The notes: generated by a model from the sequence alone, not told the origin. Counted from the stretch's first letter, positions 10,093-19,236 are shown. The stretch: 64,000 nt of DNA from Clostridia bacterium (GCA_029068165.1 JAIEDA010000013.1:71863-135862); one strand, 5' to 3'. Numbers and translations are program-made.

Positions 10093-12495
10093 TTAACGCT
10101 GTTGCGCTCCGAATTCGCCGCTCAACTTGTTCAATATCCTATTAATCTTAGCGTTGACTTCGTCGTCGGTAAGCGTTCTATCGGCAAGCCTAAACACAAG
10201 ATTTATAGCTACGCTCTTCTTGTCTTTTCCTATTACGCTTTCATTTCTATAGATATCAAATATCTTAGTATCGACCAAGAGATTACCGCCGCCTTTTCTA
10301 ACGCAAGCAAGTATATCGCCAGCCAAAACGCTTTCATCTACGACTATAGCAATATCTCTCTCGATTGGCGGATAGCTTGATATAGCCGCAAAAGCGTAAG
10401 AAAAATCAGCCGCTTTATTGAGTTTATCCACGTCTATCTCGGCAATATAAAGCCTATCCGACACGTCAAACGCGTTTGCAACCTGCGGATGGACTTCGCC
10501 AAGATAACCCAAACGTTCTTTGCCAGCGTAGATTTCCGCGCTTCGTCCTTTGTGCAAGTAATTGATATTTGCCCGTTTGTATTCGGCGTTTATTCCAAAT
10601 TTCGCAAGCAATACTTCTACCGAGCCTTTTATAGTAAAGAAGTCCTCGTCAGCGCCGTAGCACCCCATAGCCAGCGTGTTGACTTCATCAGGAAGGTCGG
10701 TCGCATTAGAATTTTTAGGTAGATATATATTTGCTATTTCAAACAATCTTGCCTTTTTATTGCTTTTTAGATTATTGCTCGCAAGCGCAGCAATCATACT
10801 GTAAGCCAACGTAGTGCGCATTACTGATAAATCTTCGCCCAAAGGCTTAAGAAGCTTCACCGTATCTCTACGCAAATCGTCTTTAGCAATCATCAAAGTA
10901 TCAAAACACTTGGGCGTAGTAAACGAATACGTCAAAGTTTCGCTCATTCCTTGGCTTACGCAAACTTCTTTGATAATATCTATATTTTGCTGTTCTCTAT
11001 TCTTACCGCCAAGCGTTTGATTTCCGCCGCGAAGAAGCGTGCCGACTATTTTATCGTATCCATACAGCCTAATAACTTCTTCGGCTAGATCGTTAGCGTT
11101 TTCTATATCGTCTCTAAATGCAGGACACACGCACTTCAATACGCCTTTTTCCAACTTGCTTTCGATTTGCAAACCGTTGAGTATATCCAAAACAACTTCT
11201 TTAGGAACTTCTATGCCCAAAATCGAGTTGATTTCTTCCACGCTCGTAATGACAGTTTTAGTAGACACGTCGCCCGCTAGCTCGTCGATAATCCCGTCGG
11301 CAATCTTACCGTACCCGAATTGATCGATTAACGAAAGCGCTCGCAAAAGTCCAAGTTTTTGACTTTCAAAGTCAATTCCTCTTTCATATCTAAAAGACGA
11401 ATCGGAACGCAAATTAAGTTTTCTCGACGTCCGTCTTATATTATCGCGCAAGAATTTAGCCGACTCAAATACTATCGTTTTAGTATTCTCGTTGATTCCG
11501 CTATCCACGCCGCCCATAATTCCGGCAACCGCGCAAGGCTTCTCCCCGTCGCAAATTACCAGCATAGTTTCGTCCAATTCATACTCTTTCTCGTCAAGCG
11601 CAACTATTTTTTCCCCTTTCTTGGCTCTTCTAGGAACAATCGCGCCGCCCGCAAGGTTTTCCCTATCGAACGCGTGCATAGGCTGACCTATTTCCACTCT
11701 AATAAAGTTGGTGATATCGACTATATTATTGATAGGTTTCAATCCTACCGACTTTAACCTTTTTTGAATATAGTCCGAACTCGGTTCTATCTTTACGTCG
11801 GTCACAGCCGCCGCCATATATCTCGGGCAAAGCTCTTTATCTTTTACGCTAACTTTTACAATATCGTTCACGTTAGTATTTTTATTAGTTTTAAAACTAA
11901 TCTTTGGCATCTTCAAAGGTTTTTTCAAAACCGTAGCGACCTCTCTCGCTAAACCGAGTACGCTGTTGCAGTCCGAACGGTTTGCCGTAACGCTTACGTC
12001 AAGAATAGCGTCGTCGCTTGAGAATATATCGTTAAGATCGGTGCCTATCGGATATTTCTCCTTGTTCATAAGCATTATGCCGTAAACGCCTGCGCCCTCG
12101 TAATCTTCTTCGGTAAGTTTGAGTTCTTCGCCCGAACACAACATTCCGTTTGATACTACGCCTCTAAGTTTACCTTTTTTGATAACTTGTCCCGTCGGCA
12201 ACAATGAATTATCCAAAGCAACCGGCACCAAATCGCCTTCGCTTACGTTTTGCGCGCCCGTAACGATTTGCACAGGCTCGCCCTTACCCACGTCGATTTG
12301 ACAAATTTGAAGTTTATCGGCGTCGGGATGTTTATCCAATTTAACAATCTTTCCGAGCACCACGTTTTTCATAGTTTTGCTCGCGGCAATAATCTCTTCC
12401 ACCTCAAAACCCGCGCTCACGAGTTTTTCGGCAAGCGCCTCGACCGTCACGTCTATATCAACAAAATCTTTTAACCAACTCAAAGATACTTTCAT
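10093..12495 (-). CDS. pheT: Phenylalanine--tRNA ligase beta subunit
   Basis: 800 aa. MKVSLSWLKDFVD N-terminus, tRNA-binding, B3/4, B5 and FDX-ACB domains in order. Immediately downstream of pheS. Confidence 0.95.
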   Translation of the reverse strand: MKVSLSWLKDFVDIDVTVEALAEKLVSAGFEVEEIIAASKTMKNVVLGKIVKLDKHPDADKLQICQIDVGKGEPVQIVTGAQNVSEGDLVPVALDNSLLPTGQVIKKGKLRGVVSNGMLCSGEELKLTEEDYEGAGVYGIMLMNKEKYPIGTDLNDIFSSDDAILDVSVTANRSDCNSVLGLAREVATVLKKPLKMPKISFKTNKNTNVNDIVKVSVKDKELCPRYMAAAVTDVKIEPSSDYIQKRLKSVGLKPINNIVDITNFIRVEIGQPMHAFDRENLAGGAIVPRRAKKGEKIVALDEKEYELDETMLVICDGEKPCAVAGIMGGVDSGINENTKTIVFESAKFLRDNIRRTSRKLNLRSDSSFRYERGIDFESQKLGLLRALSLIDQFGYGKIADGIIDELAGDVSTKTVITSVEEINSILGIEVPKEVVLDILNGLQIESKLEKGVLKCVCPAFRDDIENANDLAEEVIRLYGYDKIVGTLLRGGNQTLGGKNREQQNIDIIKEVCVSQGMSETLTYSFTTPKCFDTLMIAKDDLRRDTVKLLKPLGEDLSVMRTTLAYSMIAALASNNLKSNKKARLFEIANIYLPKNSNATDLPDEVNTLAMGCYGADEDFFTIKGSVEVLLAKFGINAEYKRANINYLHKGRSAEIYAGKERLGYLGEVHPQVANAFDVSDRLYIAEIDVDKLNKAADFSYAFAAISSYPPIERDIAIVVDESVLAGDILACVRKGGGNLLVDTKIFDIYRNESVIGKDKKSVAINLVFRLADRTLTDDEVNAKINRILNKLSGEFGAQQR

Positions 12496-12507
12496 ATTCC
12501 TATCCTC

Positions 12508-13527
12508 CTACTTGAAGCTCTTTAAGAATCTTACGTCATTCTCAAAGAGTATCCTCATATCGGGTATGCCGTACTTAATCATAGCTATTCTCTCTATGCC
12601 CATACCAAACGCCAAACCTTTATATTTCTTGCTGTCTATACCGCAGTTGTCCAAAACCTTTGGATTGACTACGCCCGCGCCCAATATCTCTATCCAACCC
12701 GTCCCCTTACAAATTCTACAGCCTTTACCGTGACAAACCGAGCAAGAAACGTCGACTTCTACGCTAGGCTCGGTGAACGGGAAGAACGACGGTCTAAACC
12801 TTACCTTCGTGCTCGCGTCAAACAGCCTTTGAGCAAAAGTTTCCAGCAAGCCTTTCAAGTCGCAAAGCGTAACATTTTCGTCAACGACAAGCCCCTCGAT
12901 TTGTTGGAACATAGGAGAATGGGTAGCGTCGTCGTCGGGTCTATACACTTTGCCGGGACATACGATACGAATCGGCGGTTTAGTCTTGAGCATTGTTCTT
13001 GCCTGCACGGAAGACGTATGCGTTCTAAGCAAAACCTCGTCGGAGATATAGAACGTATCTTGCATATCTCTTGCCGGATGGTCAGGCGGAATGTTCAGCA
13101 TTTGAAAGCAAAACTTGTCCAACTCCACTTCGGGACCTTGCGCAATCGTAAAGCCTAGCGACGTGAATATATCCACTATTTCGTTGGTAACGAGCGAGCA
13201 AGGATGCAGACTGCCCCTTTCCTGCTTTTTGCCGTCCAACGTAATATCAACGCTCTCTTTCAACATCTTCTCGTCTATTTCCGCTTGAGTAAGCTGTTCC
13301 GTCTTTTCGTCAGTCAACTTGGTAATGATATCTCTAGCCTCGTTGACGTATTTTCCGACCATAGGACGTTCTTCCTGAGGAACGTCTTTCATTCCTCTTA
13401 AAAGTTGCGTAAGCTCGCCGCTTTTCCCGAGAAACTTGACTTTCACGTTGTTGATGACCGCCAAAGTATGGCTTTGTTCAATCGCAAGTTTTGCCTGTTC
13501 GATAAGTTTAGCTATCTTTTCTTTCAT
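12508..13527 (-). CDS. pheS: Phenylalanine--tRNA ligase alpha subunit
   Basis: Class II aaRS motifs (HPARDMQDTFY, FRPSFFPFTEPS, GMGIERIAM). I prefer the ATG at 13527 (AAGAGGT Shine-Dalgarno, 339 aa) over the upstream in-frame start in the track. Confidence 0.95.
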   Translation of the reverse strand: MKEKIAKLIEQAKLAIEQSHTLAVINNVKVKFLGKSGELTQLLRGMKDVPQEERPMVGKYVNEARDIITKLTDEKTEQLTQAEIDEKMLKESVDITLDGKKQERGSLHPCSLVTNEIVDIFTSLGFTIAQGPEVELDKFCFQMLNIPPDHPARDMQDTFYISDEVLLRTHTSSVQARTMLKTKPPIRIVCPGKVYRPDDDATHSPMFQQIEGLVVDENVTLCDLKGLLETFAQRLFDASTKVRFRPSFFPFTEPSVEVDVSCSVCHGKGCRICKGTGWIEILGAGVVNPKVLDNCGIDSKKYKGLAFGMGIERIAMIKYGIPDMRILFENDVRFLKSFK

Positions 13528-13543
13528 ATTTACCTCTTTATAA

Positions 13544-13790
13544 TAAAAAAACACGCCCCTATATGATTAGGGCGTATTTAACGCTGTACCACCTAAATTC
13601 GTCAAGACGCGGCTTGACCTTATTACGGCTATAACGTTGCCGACGATTCCGCCTACGCATCATATAAATTTCAGCGGAATAACTCCGAGGCGAACTCTCC
13701 CAAACTCGCGAATTACCCTTTCAGCCTACCGAGGTAATATCTCTAACGCTCGCTTTTCGCGGGACATGCTCCTCATCACCGTTTATAGTG
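13544..13790 (-). promoter_or_regulatory. T-box leader RNA (Phe-specific candidate) with terminator/antiterminator, controlling pheST
   Basis: Minus-sense AATTTAGGTGGTACAGCG (13582-13599) matches the T-box consensus AAnnnGGGTGGTACCGCG. Stem I elements GATGAG, AGAGA and GGCTGAAAGGG are present. UUC codons occur in the expected specifier region. A terminator hairpin ACGCCC/GGGCGT plus U-run (13544-13575) sits just before the pheS Shine-Dalgarno. Confidence 0.8.
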
Positions 13791-13792
13791 AT

Positions 13793-13821
13793 ATTTTAAC
13801 ATTAAAGACAGTCTTTTGCAA
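13793..13821 (-). promoter_or_regulatory. SigmaA-type promoter for the pheST T-box leader
   Basis: Minus-sense TTGCAA, 17-nt spacer, TAAAAT. Confidence 0.55.
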
Positions 13822-13862
13822 GCGTTTGATTATATTTTGTTTATATTCGCAATTTCCTTGAT

Positions 13863-14597
13863 TTACGGCAACAAGTCAAGACTTCCCAAACCGTACTGAA
13901 AATAAAACTCGGGAACTTTGCCGACTATCAAATTTTGATAGACTACCATATTGTTGCTGACCTTGATATTTTTTACGTAAAGCGGAAGCATAACGCTTAT
14001 ATCGGCAAATAGATCTATGTACATACACATAAGCGTTTGGTTTACGCCTTGCGATTCGAAAGTCGTGCGGAAGTTGCATTGTATATTGCCTATCAGCTCC
14101 AACTTAAGCGTATATTTTCCGCCGTAGTTGGCAAGCAAAAGACTTCCGAAAATACTCGTATAAGGGACTTGAATACTTTCATCGGAACAAAGTTTATTGA
14201 CGTTTGTTTGGGAAATCGCCGCGACGTCTCTCATCAAAGCGTTTATCACTACCATATCGCTGCTAATCAAAGACACGTTTCCGTCGCCGTCGTATCTTAT
14301 CTCGTAAAAGTTGGACTTATCTTGAAACCATTCTCCTTCCAACGCTTCAGTAGTTGAAGAGTTGAAAATATCCACTACTCTAGTTGTGATCAACCCTTCG
14401 GCGTACTTTTCGACGTAGTTTATCAACCTGCTCCTAAAATAAAAGAACGAGGCGAGAACTACTGTGAAAGACGTTAAGAAAACTATAAATCTTCTTGCCC
14501 GATGTTTTTTTCGTTTATACATATAATCATTATATGCATAAATTGTTTGCAAATTGCCGTATTTGCCTTTTATCGCAAATGCGGCAATTAAATTCAA
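13863..14597 (-). CDS. yunB: Sporulation protein YunB
   Basis: The C-terminal half aligns by eye with B. subtilis YunB (I..P...G..LL.N.G.K...LIG...G.N......G.VP.FY). One N-terminal TM. The start is uncertain: TTG at 14597 overlaps the spoVAE stop, and the internal ATG at 14522 lacks a Shine-Dalgarno. Confidence 0.75.
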   Translation of the reverse strand: MNLIAAFAIKGKYGNLQTIYAYNDYMYKRKKHRARRFIVFLTSFTVVLASFFYFRSRLINYVEKYAEGLITTRVVDIFNSSTTEALEGEWFQDKSNFYEIRYDGDGNVSLISSDMVVINALMRDVAAISQTNVNKLCSDESIQVPYTSIFGSLLLANYGGKYTLKLELIGNIQCNFRTTFESQGVNQTLMCMYIDLFADISVMLPLYVKNIKVSNNMVVYQNLIVGKVPEFYFQYGLGSLDLLP

Positions 14598-14962
14598 GCT
14601 TTTTTTGAGTGCGATTTAAATATAATCGCAAATAAAAATCCGAAGAATATCGCCGCCGTCAAGCCGCCCGCCATATTTCTAAAACCGTAAGTCACTGCTT
14701 CAAATAGACCTATCTTTGCGCCCTCTTGCGCGCCCTTAACGATCGTACTGCCAAAGCCTGTTATCGGAATCGTTATTCCCGCTCCTGCAAATTCCTCAAT
14801 GAATTTGAACGCGCCGACAAATTCCAAAAACACGCCCAATAGCAAAAACATTACGAGTATTCTCGCCGAAGTCATTTTGGTTTTGTTTATAAAAATTTGC
14901 GCAATCATACACACAAGTCCGCCTACTGCGAACGCTTTTACGAAACCCAAAAATATTTCCAT
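14594..14962 (-). CDS. spoVAE: Stage V sporulation protein AE (SpoVAEB-type)
   Basis: Small polytopic membrane protein (MEIFLGFVKAFAVGGLVCMIAQ...) directly after spoVAD. I prefer the ATG at 14962 over the TTG at 14971. Confidence 0.85.
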   Translation of the reverse strand: MEIFLGFVKAFAVGGLVCMIAQIFINKTKMTSARILVMFLLLGVFLEFVGAFKFIEEFAGAGITIPITGFGSTIVKGAQEGAKIGLFEAVTYGFRNMAGGLTAAIFFGFLFAIIFKSHSKKA

Positions 14963-14967
14963 ATAAA

Positions 14968-15969
14968 TCAATCCTCCATTTCAATTACTACAGCGTGAGC
15001 AATGCCGGGTATACTTTCACCTTGCAAAGCCGAATCCTTAGACAGCATCGCGCCTGTGGGAACAAACAGTATCTTTTTCAACGAGCCGTCTATGAGTTTT
15101 TTATATAGATACGCGGCAAAGACAAGCGAACAACATCCCGCGCCCGAGCCGCCTTGTCCCGCCTTTTGCGCCTCGCTGTACATTAGACTGCCGCAGTCGT
15201 TTAGATTGTCTAATACGTAGCCCTCTTTCTTTGCAAGATAGTGAAGCGTTTCCCTGCCGAAACGCCCCAAATCGCCTGTGATTATCATATCGTAATAATC
15301 GGGAGAACGCCCCGTATCTCTAAAATGCGTAACGATAGTATTTGAAGCCGCGGGCGCCATTGCTCCGCCCATATTGTTGGGATCGCTCAAACCGAAGTCC
15401 ACTACTCTTCCTATCGTATAACCTTTTACTAGCGGATAATTGCCCTGTTTTTTACTCAACAGAACCGCTCCGCTTCCGGTGACAGTCCACTGCGATTCAG
15501 GCGTCGGTTGAGTACCTAGTTCCAGCGGGTATCTATACTGTCTTTCCGCAGTTGCGTAGTGCGAGCTAGTGCAGCACACGACTTTTTCAAAATCGCCGTT
15601 TACCAAAGTTGAGCCTATCGCCATCGCCTCGCCGAAAGTCGCACAAGCGTTGTATAGTCCCATAAACGGAGTGCGAAAATCCCTTGCCGAAAAAGACGTC
15701 GGCACGATTTGATTTATCAAATCTCCGCCCATAATTACGTCGCAATCCATAGGATTTACGTTTACTCTTGAAAGACACTCTCCTATCACGTACCTTTGCA
15801 TCTCGATTTCAGCCATTTCGTGCGACTTGCATTTCCACTCGTCGTCTTCCATTACCGAGTCGAAATATTCTCTAAAATTGCCTTTAGACTCGTATGGCCC
15901 AGCTAGAGAATATGCCGATTGAATATAAACTTTGTTGTCCAAAAAATACGTTTGTTTTCCTACTTTCAT
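14968..15969 (-). CDS. spoVAD: Stage V sporulation protein AD (thiolase-fold DPA-binding subunit)
   Basis: 333 aa from the ATG at 15969 (AGGAG Shine-Dalgarno). The MKVGKQTYF...AGPYE N-terminus and thiolase-like core are typical of SpoVAD. Confidence 0.9.
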   Translation of the reverse strand: MKVGKQTYFLDNKVYIQSAYSLAGPYESKGNFREYFDSVMEDDEWKCKSHEMAEIEMQRYVIGECLSRVNVNPMDCDVIMGGDLINQIVPTSFSARDFRTPFMGLYNACATFGEAMAIGSTLVNGDFEKVVCCTSSHYATAERQYRYPLELGTQPTPESQWTVTGSGAVLLSKKQGNYPLVKGYTIGRVVDFGLSDPNNMGGAMAPAASNTIVTHFRDTGRSPDYYDMIITGDLGRFGRETLHYLAKKEGYVLDNLNDCGSLMYSEAQKAGQGGSGAGCCSLVFAAYLYKKLIDGSLKKILFVPTGAMLSKDSALQGESIPGIAHAVVIEMED

Positions 15970-15977
15970 AAATTCTC

Positions 15978-16424
15978 CTACTTGATCAACTCGACTATCC
16001 AATAAATTAGACCGGTCACGACTGACGAAACCGTACCCGCTACAATGATCGGCCCTGCTATTACGAACATCTTCGCCATCATACCCAGCACTATTCCCTC
16101 TTTGTTAAATTCCATTGCCGGAGATACTACTGAGTTTGCAAAACCCGTAATAGGTACGATGGAACCTCCGCCCGCGTGCATACCGATTTTATCGTATACG
16201 CCTATAGCCGTGAGAAAAGAACCCAAGAAAATCATAGTCATACTCACGAGCGCCGCTATTTTTCCCTCGTCCCAATTAGGCAGCGCAACCTCGAATATAT
16301 CTCTAAATGCCTGACCTATGCAGCAAATAAAACCGCCTACCAAAAATGCCCATACCAACGTCAATGCGTGATTACTTTTTTGCGCGTGAGTATGGATGTA
16401 CTCCATATACTGTTTATCTTCCAC
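15978..16424 (-). CDS. spoVAC: Stage V sporulation protein AC
   Basis: 148-aa four-TM protein (LVWAFLVGGFICCIGQ...). GTG start preceded by GGGGAGGG. Confidence 0.9.
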   Translation of the reverse strand: MEDKQYMEYIHTHAQKSNHALTLVWAFLVGGFICCIGQAFRDIFEVALPNWDEGKIAALVSMTMIFLGSFLTAIGVYDKIGMHAGGGSIVPITGFANSVVSPAMEFNKEGIVLGMMAKMFVIAGPIIVAGTVSSVVTGLIYWIVELIK

Positions 16425-16533
16425 TATTTCCCTCCCCGACTGAAACTTTATTTACTACTATATCCTTATCTTCGGGCAACATAAACTTTATTTCTTTGTC
16501 CTCGATATTGTCTTTGAAAATAGGACTATTCAT

Positions 16534-16572
16534 AAAAAATCACCCCCGATTTAGATGTTGTCCAATCGGGGG
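16534..16572 (-). terminator. Intrinsic terminator after sigF
   Basis: Minus-sense CCCCCGATT-12 nt loop-AATCGGGGG followed by TGATTTTTT. Confidence 0.75.
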
Positions 16573-16599
16573 CGGGTTTATACCTTTGTTATTATTTAG

Positions 16600-17313
16600 T
16601 TACGCTAACGCTTGCTTTAGTTGATTGATTACCTTGCTTTCTATTCGGGAAATTTGCACTTGCGAAACTCCCAAAAGCTGAGCGATTTCGCTTTGAGTTT
16701 TATCCCTGAAGTACCTAAGGATTATTACTTTTCTCTCTCTATCGGGCAAAGAACTTATATAGTCTTTCAACAATATCTTGTTTATCACGTCGTCGCTATT
16801 TTCGTTTGACGCCAACTTGTCCATTACGCATTGATTATTGTCGTCCTCGTACTTTTCGAAAATGGATATAGGATATTTATTGCTATCCATTGCAAACACT
16901 ACTTCCTGCTCGTCAATACCAAAATGCTCGGCTATATTCTTTATTGACGGAGGCGTACTTGTCACGCAACATTCGTTTATATACGCTTGTATCTTAGAAC
17001 ATAGACTCTTCATCGCTCTAGATACTTTAATCGTTCCGTCGTCTCTTATGAACCTCTTTATCTCGCCCGCAATCATAGGCACGGCGTAAGTAGAAAATTT
17101 TACGTTGTAAGAGCAATCGAAATTATTGATAGCTTTCACCAATCCCAAAGAACCCAACTGCAATAGATCGTCGTATTCTACTTGCTTATTCCTATAACGC
17201 CGAGCAATGCTCTTAATCAGCGGCATATTCGCGCTTATCAATTCGCTTTTAGCGCTATCGTCGCCTCTTTTAGCAAGCTCCAACAATTTTAAGGTCGTTT
17301 CGTAATCAAGCAT
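16600..17313 (-). CDS. sigF: Sporulation sigma factor SigF
   Basis: 237-aa sigma-70 family protein with regions 2, 3 and 4 recognisable. Third gene after spoIIAA and spoIIAB. Confidence 0.9.
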   Translation of the reverse strand: MLDYETTLKLLELAKRGDDSAKSELISANMPLIKSIARRYRNKQVEYDDLLQLGSLGLVKAINNFDCSYNVKFSTYAVPMIAGEIKRFIRDDGTIKVSRAMKSLCSKIQAYINECCVTSTPPSIKNIAEHFGIDEQEVVFAMDSNKYPISIFEKYEDDNNQCVMDKLASNENSDDVINKILLKDYISSLPDRERKVIILRYFRDKTQSEIAQLLGVSQVQISRIESKVINQLKQALA

Positions 17314-17314
17314 A

Positions 17315-17737
17315 TCAATCCTTCTTAAATTCTTTTTGCATTACTACTCTCGTTCCCTTATCCTTTTGTGATACAATCTCGACTTTATCCATAAAAGTTT
17401 GAATAAGCGTGAAGCCCATACCGCTACGCTCTTGCTCTGGCTTGGTTGTGAAAAACGGCTGCATCGCCTTATCGACGTCAGCAATTCCGCAACCCTCGTC
17501 CTCTATGATTATTTCCGCTTTTCCGTTTTCTAAACTCACGGAAATATCTATAAATTTGTCCTCTTGTCCGCCGTAAGCGTGAACTATACAATTTGTTACC
17601 GCTTCCGAAACCGCCGTCTTAATATCGTTAATCTCCTCCAAAGAAGGATTAAGTTCTAAGCAAAACGCCGAAACCGAACTTCTCGCAAAACTTTCATTGC
17701 CCGTCTTTGCCAATAATTTCATACTAAATTTGTTCAT
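17315..17737 (-). CDS. spoIIAB: Anti-sigma F factor (serine kinase) SpoIIAB
   Basis: 140 aa with GHKL ATPase N-box (EAVTNCIVHAY) and G-boxes (DEGCGI, GMGF). Confidence 0.9.
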   Translation of the reverse strand: MNKFSMKLLAKTGNESFARSSVSAFCLELNPSLEEINDIKTAVSEAVTNCIVHAYGGQEDKFIDISVSLENGKAEIIIEDEGCGIADVDKAMQPFFTTKPEQERSGMGFTLIQTFMDKVEIVSQKDKGTRVVMQKEFKKD

Positions 17738-17752
17738 AATTACCTCTTTTCC

Positions 17753-18061
17753 TCAACTTATTTTCTTCATAATCGTGTAAATGCCTGCAGTAGATAATAT
17801 AAAATCTACGTGACCTCGCGCTTGGCTAATATATATCGGAACGTTGCGTTTTTTCAGTTGTTTGTAACGTCCCAACAACATTCCTATCCCCGTACTGTCC
17901 ATAAAGGAAAGATTTGAAAAATCAAAGACGAATTGAGAAAAATAATTGTTGCGAATAAATCCGTCTATCTTTTCCCTGACCGACTTAACGCAACCTTCGT
18001 CAAGTTCTCCGTCCAGTTTTGCAACTGCGCTGCTTTCTTGTATTGATAATTCGATGCGCAT
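17753..18061 (-). CDS. spoIIAA: Anti-anti-sigma F factor SpoIIAA (STAS domain)
   Basis: 102-aa STAS domain with the phosphorylatable serine context (SFMDSTGIG). GGAGG Shine-Dalgarno. Confidence 0.9.
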   Translation of the reverse strand: MRIELSIQESSAVAKLDGELDEGCVKSVREKIDGFIRNNYFSQFVFDFSNLSFMDSTGIGMLLGRYKQLKKRNVPIYISQARGHVDFILSTAGIYTIMKKIS

Positions 18062-18130
18062 AACTTAACCTCCGTACTATTTTCGTAAGAAGATTTTAGC
18101 ACGTTTGATTTGCTCGAAAACTGTAACTGC

Positions 18131-18137
18131 TGTCGAA
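18131..18137 (+). promoter_or_regulatory. Consensus Spo0A box TGTCGAA upstream of spoIIAA
   Basis: Exact 7-mer 70-76 nt upstream of the spoIIAA start codon. A TGTCGTT variant lies 20 nt away at 18151-18157. Confidence 0.45.
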
Positions 18138-18169
18138 AAAAAACTTTGTTTGTCGTTGAGGATTTTAAA

Positions 18170-18197
18170 GAAAAAAGCCCGCCGTTAAAGCGAGCTT
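18170..18197 (-). terminator. Intrinsic terminator after tRNA-Gly
   Basis: Minus-sense AGCTCGC-tttaacg-GCGGGCT (one G-U pair) followed by TTTTTTC. Confidence 0.6.
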
Positions 18198-18202
18198 GTA
18201 TT

Positions 18203-18276
18203 TGGAGCAGGTGACGGGAATCGAACCCGCGCCGGCGGCTTGGGAAGCCGCAGTTCTACCATTGAACTACGCCTGC
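18203..18276 (-). tRNA. tRNA-Gly (anticodon CCC)
   Basis: 74-nt cloverleaf folded by hand. Anticodon loop TTCCCAA, T-loop GGTTCGATTCC, encoded CCA, and one C-A mismatch in the acceptor stem. Confidence 0.85.
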
Positions 18277-18361
18277 ATTTTAATCGTCCATATTATATCA
18301 CTTATTTATTGCAAGTATCAAGCGAACTGCAAAAAGATAAACTAAAATATTGTCAGCAAAA

Positions 18362-19111
18362 TTATTCTTGAAAATCTTTTCCTATTTCGCTTTCTTCTAT
18401 ATTTGGATTCACGTATCTCGATTTTTTATTTTTGTTTAGATATACTATCGCTTTATTAGGACACCTATGATAGCACCCCAAGCAAGCAACGCATTTATCA
18501 CCGAAAACTATTTTTCCGTCTTCCATCGAGATATTTCCCACGGGACAAATCGATGCGCACTTACCGCATTTTATGCAGTTTTGATTACACTTAAACCGCT
18601 CGCCTATCAAATGCCAATTAGATTTATTTTTTAGATAGGTATCTTCCTTTATTTTCTTCTTCTTTGGTATTTTATATTCTCCGTTTGCAATGCAGTTCAA
18701 GATTCTTTCCATTCTACTATGCGATTTTCTAAGCGTAGAGTTCAAATAGAATTTTGGCACGGTAAAAGAAAGAGTAAAATTCTCCGGCATTTTCAAAGAA
18801 TAGACGGCTTTTATATTTAGACCGTTTCTCTTAGCGTATTCATATAATAAATAGTCAGCTCCGCCCATCATTCCGCCATAGTTTTGGATAACTATAACTT
18901 CCTTTGATTTGTCAAGTTTAGGCAGCAAGTCATAGACGAAAGTCGGCATTCCAAACGAGTAGACGGGCGTAACTAAAACAATGCTGTCAAATTCGCTGCC
19001 ATTTCCCGCATATTTTGGAATATAGACTATTTTCCCGCAAAACTTTTCTTTTACTTTTTGCGCTATCCATAGACTATTACCGGTTGAGCTAAAATACAAT
19101 ATTCCAATCAT
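18362..19111 (-). CDS. Flavodoxin-like domain fused to a 2x[4Fe-4S] ferredoxin domain (EFR1-family-type protein)
   Basis: N-terminal ILYFSSTGNS flavodoxin-like motif. C-terminal CIKCGKCASICP and CVACLGCYHRCP clusters. Confidence 0.7.
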   Translation of the reverse strand: MIGILYFSSTGNSLWIAQKVKEKFCGKIVYIPKYAGNGSEFDSIVLVTPVYSFGMPTFVYDLLPKLDKSKEVIVIQNYGGMMGGADYLLYEYAKRNGLNIKAVYSLKMPENFTLSFTVPKFYLNSTLRKSHSRMERILNCIANGEYKIPKKKKIKEDTYLKNKSNWHLIGERFKCNQNCIKCGKCASICPVGNISMEDGKIVFGDKCVACLGCYHRCPNKAIVYLNKNKKSRYVNPNIEESEIGKDFQE

Positions 19112-19142
19112 CTTGTTTGTTCCAAAGTAGTTTTATATTTTA

Positions 19143-19171
19143 ATTATATCAAATACGAGTGTTTTTTGCAA
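19143..19171 (-). promoter_or_regulatory. SigmaA-type promoter for the flavodoxin/ferredoxin gene
   Basis: Minus-sense TTGCAA, 17-nt spacer, TATAAT. Confidence 0.55.
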
Positions 19172-19236
19172 TATTCAGTTGTTGTCACACTTGTATAAAT
19201 TTTAGATTTTGCCTATCTTTCACAAAAGCTAGTATC

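Noticed and set aside
16534-16600. Possible forespore (sigmaF/sigmaG) promoter GTATA...CATCTAA for spoVA overlapping the sigF terminator
   Set aside because: Neither the spacing nor the -10 match (CATnnTA) fits the consensus. I could not support a call.
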